Below are positions 52,963 to 54,523 of a stretch of DNA of 54,523 bases, piece after piece (positions within the stretch are counted from its first letter, which is position 1; the number at the start of each line of letters is the position of its first letter). Below the pieces are notes generated by a model, which saw only the letters and a list, made by a program, of their open reading frames with translations, was not told where the DNA came from and made no database searches. The stretch comes from an uncultured Victivallales bacterium. Lineage in GTDB: Bacteria > Verrucomicrobiota > Lentisphaeria > Victivallales > CAZIVM01. The stretch covers positions 1 to 54,523 of the forward strand of contig CAZIVM010000001.1 of the NCBI GenBank assembly GCA_964542845.1, in the 5' to 3' direction. The translations under genes and the position numbers were made by a program.

Positions 52963-54354
52963 ATGTCAAAAGCACAACGTATACAAAATGTTTATCGTCC
53001 TAAAGATGAACGTGTTCAAGATTATAAAGAAGTCGAACGCCCCTTCTCTCACGAAGAGATGGCGGCTCAAGCCGACCGTTGCGGTCAATGCGGACTCCCC
53101 TTTTGTCACGGCTGCGGATGCCCTTTGCACAACGTGATTCCCGAAATGAACTTTGCGGTCTCTAAGGGCGACTATCAAACCGCCTATGCGATTCTTTCCG
53201 AAACGAGCTGTTTCCCTGAGTTTACAAGCCGTGTTTGCCCCGCTTTGTGCGAGGGCTCATGCGTGGGCGGACTCAATGGTCAACCCGTCATGATTCGTCA
53301 GATTGAAAAACAAATTATCGAGACCGCCTTTGAAAAAGGTTGGGTCAACCCGAAATCGCCCGATACGCCTGTGATCGACAAGAAAATCGCTGTGATTGGA
53401 GCAGGTCCAGCAGGCTTAGCAATGGCGCATACGCTTTCTTGCTTGGGGTATAAAGTTACGGTCTATGAACGCGAAAAGGCGGCGGGGGGATTACTCCGTT
53501 ATGGCATCCCGAACTTCAAGCTTGAGAAGGGAATTATTGATCGACGCATTAAAGTGATGGAGTCGATGGGGGTCAAATTCGTTTATGAGACTGAAGTGGG
53601 CAAAGATGTCTCTGCCGACTACTTGAACCGACGCTACGATGCAATCGCTGTTGCCATTGGAACCCCGATTCCGCGCGATTTAAATGTCCCTGGGCGCGAA
53701 CTTCGCAATATTCACGTTGCGCTCGATTTCTTGGGCGGACAAAACAAGTATCTCACTAAAGAAGTGCGTAAAACAATTAATGTGAAAGATAAAAACGTGG
53801 TCGTTATTGGGGGCGGTGATACGGGAAGCGACTGTGTCGGAACCTCGATTCGTCAGGGGGCAAAAAATGTGACACAAATTGAGATTATGCCCATGCCTCC
53901 TATTGAACAGTCCGCTTCAACGCCTTGGCCGAACTGGCCCTACTTGTTGCGTACCTCCTCAAGTCATAAAGAGGGAGGCGAACGCCATTGGTCGATTTTA
54001 ACCAAAGCGTTTGTGGGCGACAAAGGAAAAGTGACAGGGATTGAAGTGGTGGATGTCGATTGGGAAATTGATCCTTTGGGGCGTCCAGTCAAATTCACGG
54101 AGAAACCCGACGCCTCACGCATCATCTCTGCCGACTACGTCTTTTTAGCGATGGGCTTCTTAGGCGTACCTACGGATGGGATTACCACGGAGTTAGATGT
54201 ACAACGCACAGAACGTGGAGCATTAGTTGAAGATATTGCACGCAAGATTTTTGTGTGTGGAGATGCAGCGACAGGCCAATCCTTAATTGTCCGCGCCATC
54301 GAACACGCCAAACAACAAGCGTACAAACTCCACACCACACTCTCCCATAAATAA
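52963..54354 (+). CDS. gltD: Glutamate synthase small subunit (NADPH)
   Basis: Fe-S Cys clusters (CGQCGLPFCHGCGCP; CPALCEGSC) and dinucleotide folds IAVIGAGPAGLA and VVVIGGGDTGSD. Confidence 0.95.
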   Translation: MSKAQRIQNVYRPKDERVQDYKEVERPFSHEEMAAQADRCGQCGLPFCHGCGCPLHNVIPEMNFAVSKGDYQTAYAILSETSCFPEFTSRVCPALCEGSCVGGLNGQPVMIRQIEKQIIETAFEKGWVNPKSPDTPVIDKKIAVIGAGPAGLAMAHTLSCLGYKVTVYEREKAAGGLLRYGIPNFKLEKGIIDRRIKVMESMGVKFVYETEVGKDVSADYLNRRYDAIAVAIGTPIPRDLNVPGRELRNIHVALDFLGGQNKYLTKEVRKTINVKDKNVVVIGGGDTGSDCVGTSIRQGAKNVTQIEIMPMPPIEQSASTPWPNWPYLLRTSSSHKEGGERHWSILTKAFVGDKGKVTGIEVVDVDWEIDPLGRPVKFTEKPDASRIISADYVFLAMGFLGVPTDGITTELDVQRTERGALVEDIARKIFVCGDAATGQSLIVRAIEHAKQQAYKLHTTLSHK

Positions 54355-54376
54355 AAATAAATTTAAACTCCTTACA

Positions 54377-54415
54377 GTTAATGCTTTACGATAACCAAAA
54401 TCCTAAAGCATTAAC
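54377..54415 (+). terminator. Long hairpin downstream of gltD (possible terminator; no U-tract)
   Basis: 12-bp perfect stem GTTAATGCTTTA/TAAAGCATTAAC with a 15-nt loop, 23 nt after the gltD stop. It is followed by a C/T-rich stretch rather than a T-run. Confidence 0.4.
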
Positions 54416-54491
54416 CTCCTCCCTTCTTCTTTATCTCACGCTCTTCTTTTTATTATTAATATTTGATATGGGAAAAAACAGGGATATTTTT

Positions 54492-54523
54492 TATGATTAA
54501 CAAAATCTTTATTTGTCTTATCA
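54492..54523 (+). CDS. Possible start of the next gene (hydrophobic, signal-peptide-like N-terminus), truncated by the window edge
   Basis: ATG at 54492 gives MINKIFICLI... Only 10 codons are visible. Confidence 0.2.

Noticed and set aside
54377-54415. Long hairpin after gltD, considered as a riboswitch or sRNA.
   Set aside because: It is a single stem-loop with no conserved riboswitch core that I can recognise. It is listed only as a possible terminator.

Overview
This 54.5-kb window (by eye roughly 40-45% GC) is a gene-dense bacterial chromosomal segment. I found no rRNA, tRNA, CRISPR array, transposase, integrase or phage genes. The gene content suggests a PVC-type lineage, possibly Lentisphaerae-like: an ECF sigma gene overlapping a Ser/Thr kinase gene, fused Bat/VWA modules, a type III glutamine synthetase and sigma-54 control. 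That taxonomic guess is a weak inference.

Layout:
- 1-8.1 kb: housekeeping operons. These are mnmE (truncated), an AGE epimerase, CYTH-GNAT-DUF2156-comF, map-folB-nudix and nadC-mazG.
- 8.1-9.6 kb: a secreted discoidin/DUF3472 protein.
- 9.8-17.8 kb: a truncated S10/spc ribosomal operon (rplV to secY). Its first cistron is an unassignable coiled-coil membrane protein.
- 18-22.4 kb: nth, folK, a small charged secreted protein, a stand-alone coaB, an HD hydrolase and a PurF paralogue with Ser in place of the catalytic Cys.
- 22.7-27.4 kb: two large fused Bat-like (VWA/TPR and BatD/BatE) proteins.
- 27.4-32.3 kb: a PQ-loop protein, a flavoprotein and jag-yidC-yidD-rnpA-rpmH.
- 32.7-38.2 kb: a PadR operon with membrane partners, a divergent ECF sigma plus Ser/Thr kinase pair, and an EF-hand repeat protein.
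- 38.3-54.4 kb: a nitrogen-assimilation block. It holds a GAF-type sigma-54 activator and carB-carA-purF-glnN on the minus strand, divergent from gltB-gltD.

The strongest sequence-level discovery is in the glnN/gltB spacer. It holds two identical, mirror-oriented, near-consensus sigma-54 promoters flanking a duplicated 18-bp dyad that is neither NtrC- nor NifA-type. This implies a single shared enhancer driving a glutamine producer/consumer supraoperon and GOGAT.

All product calls come from motif recognition by eye. No database search was run.
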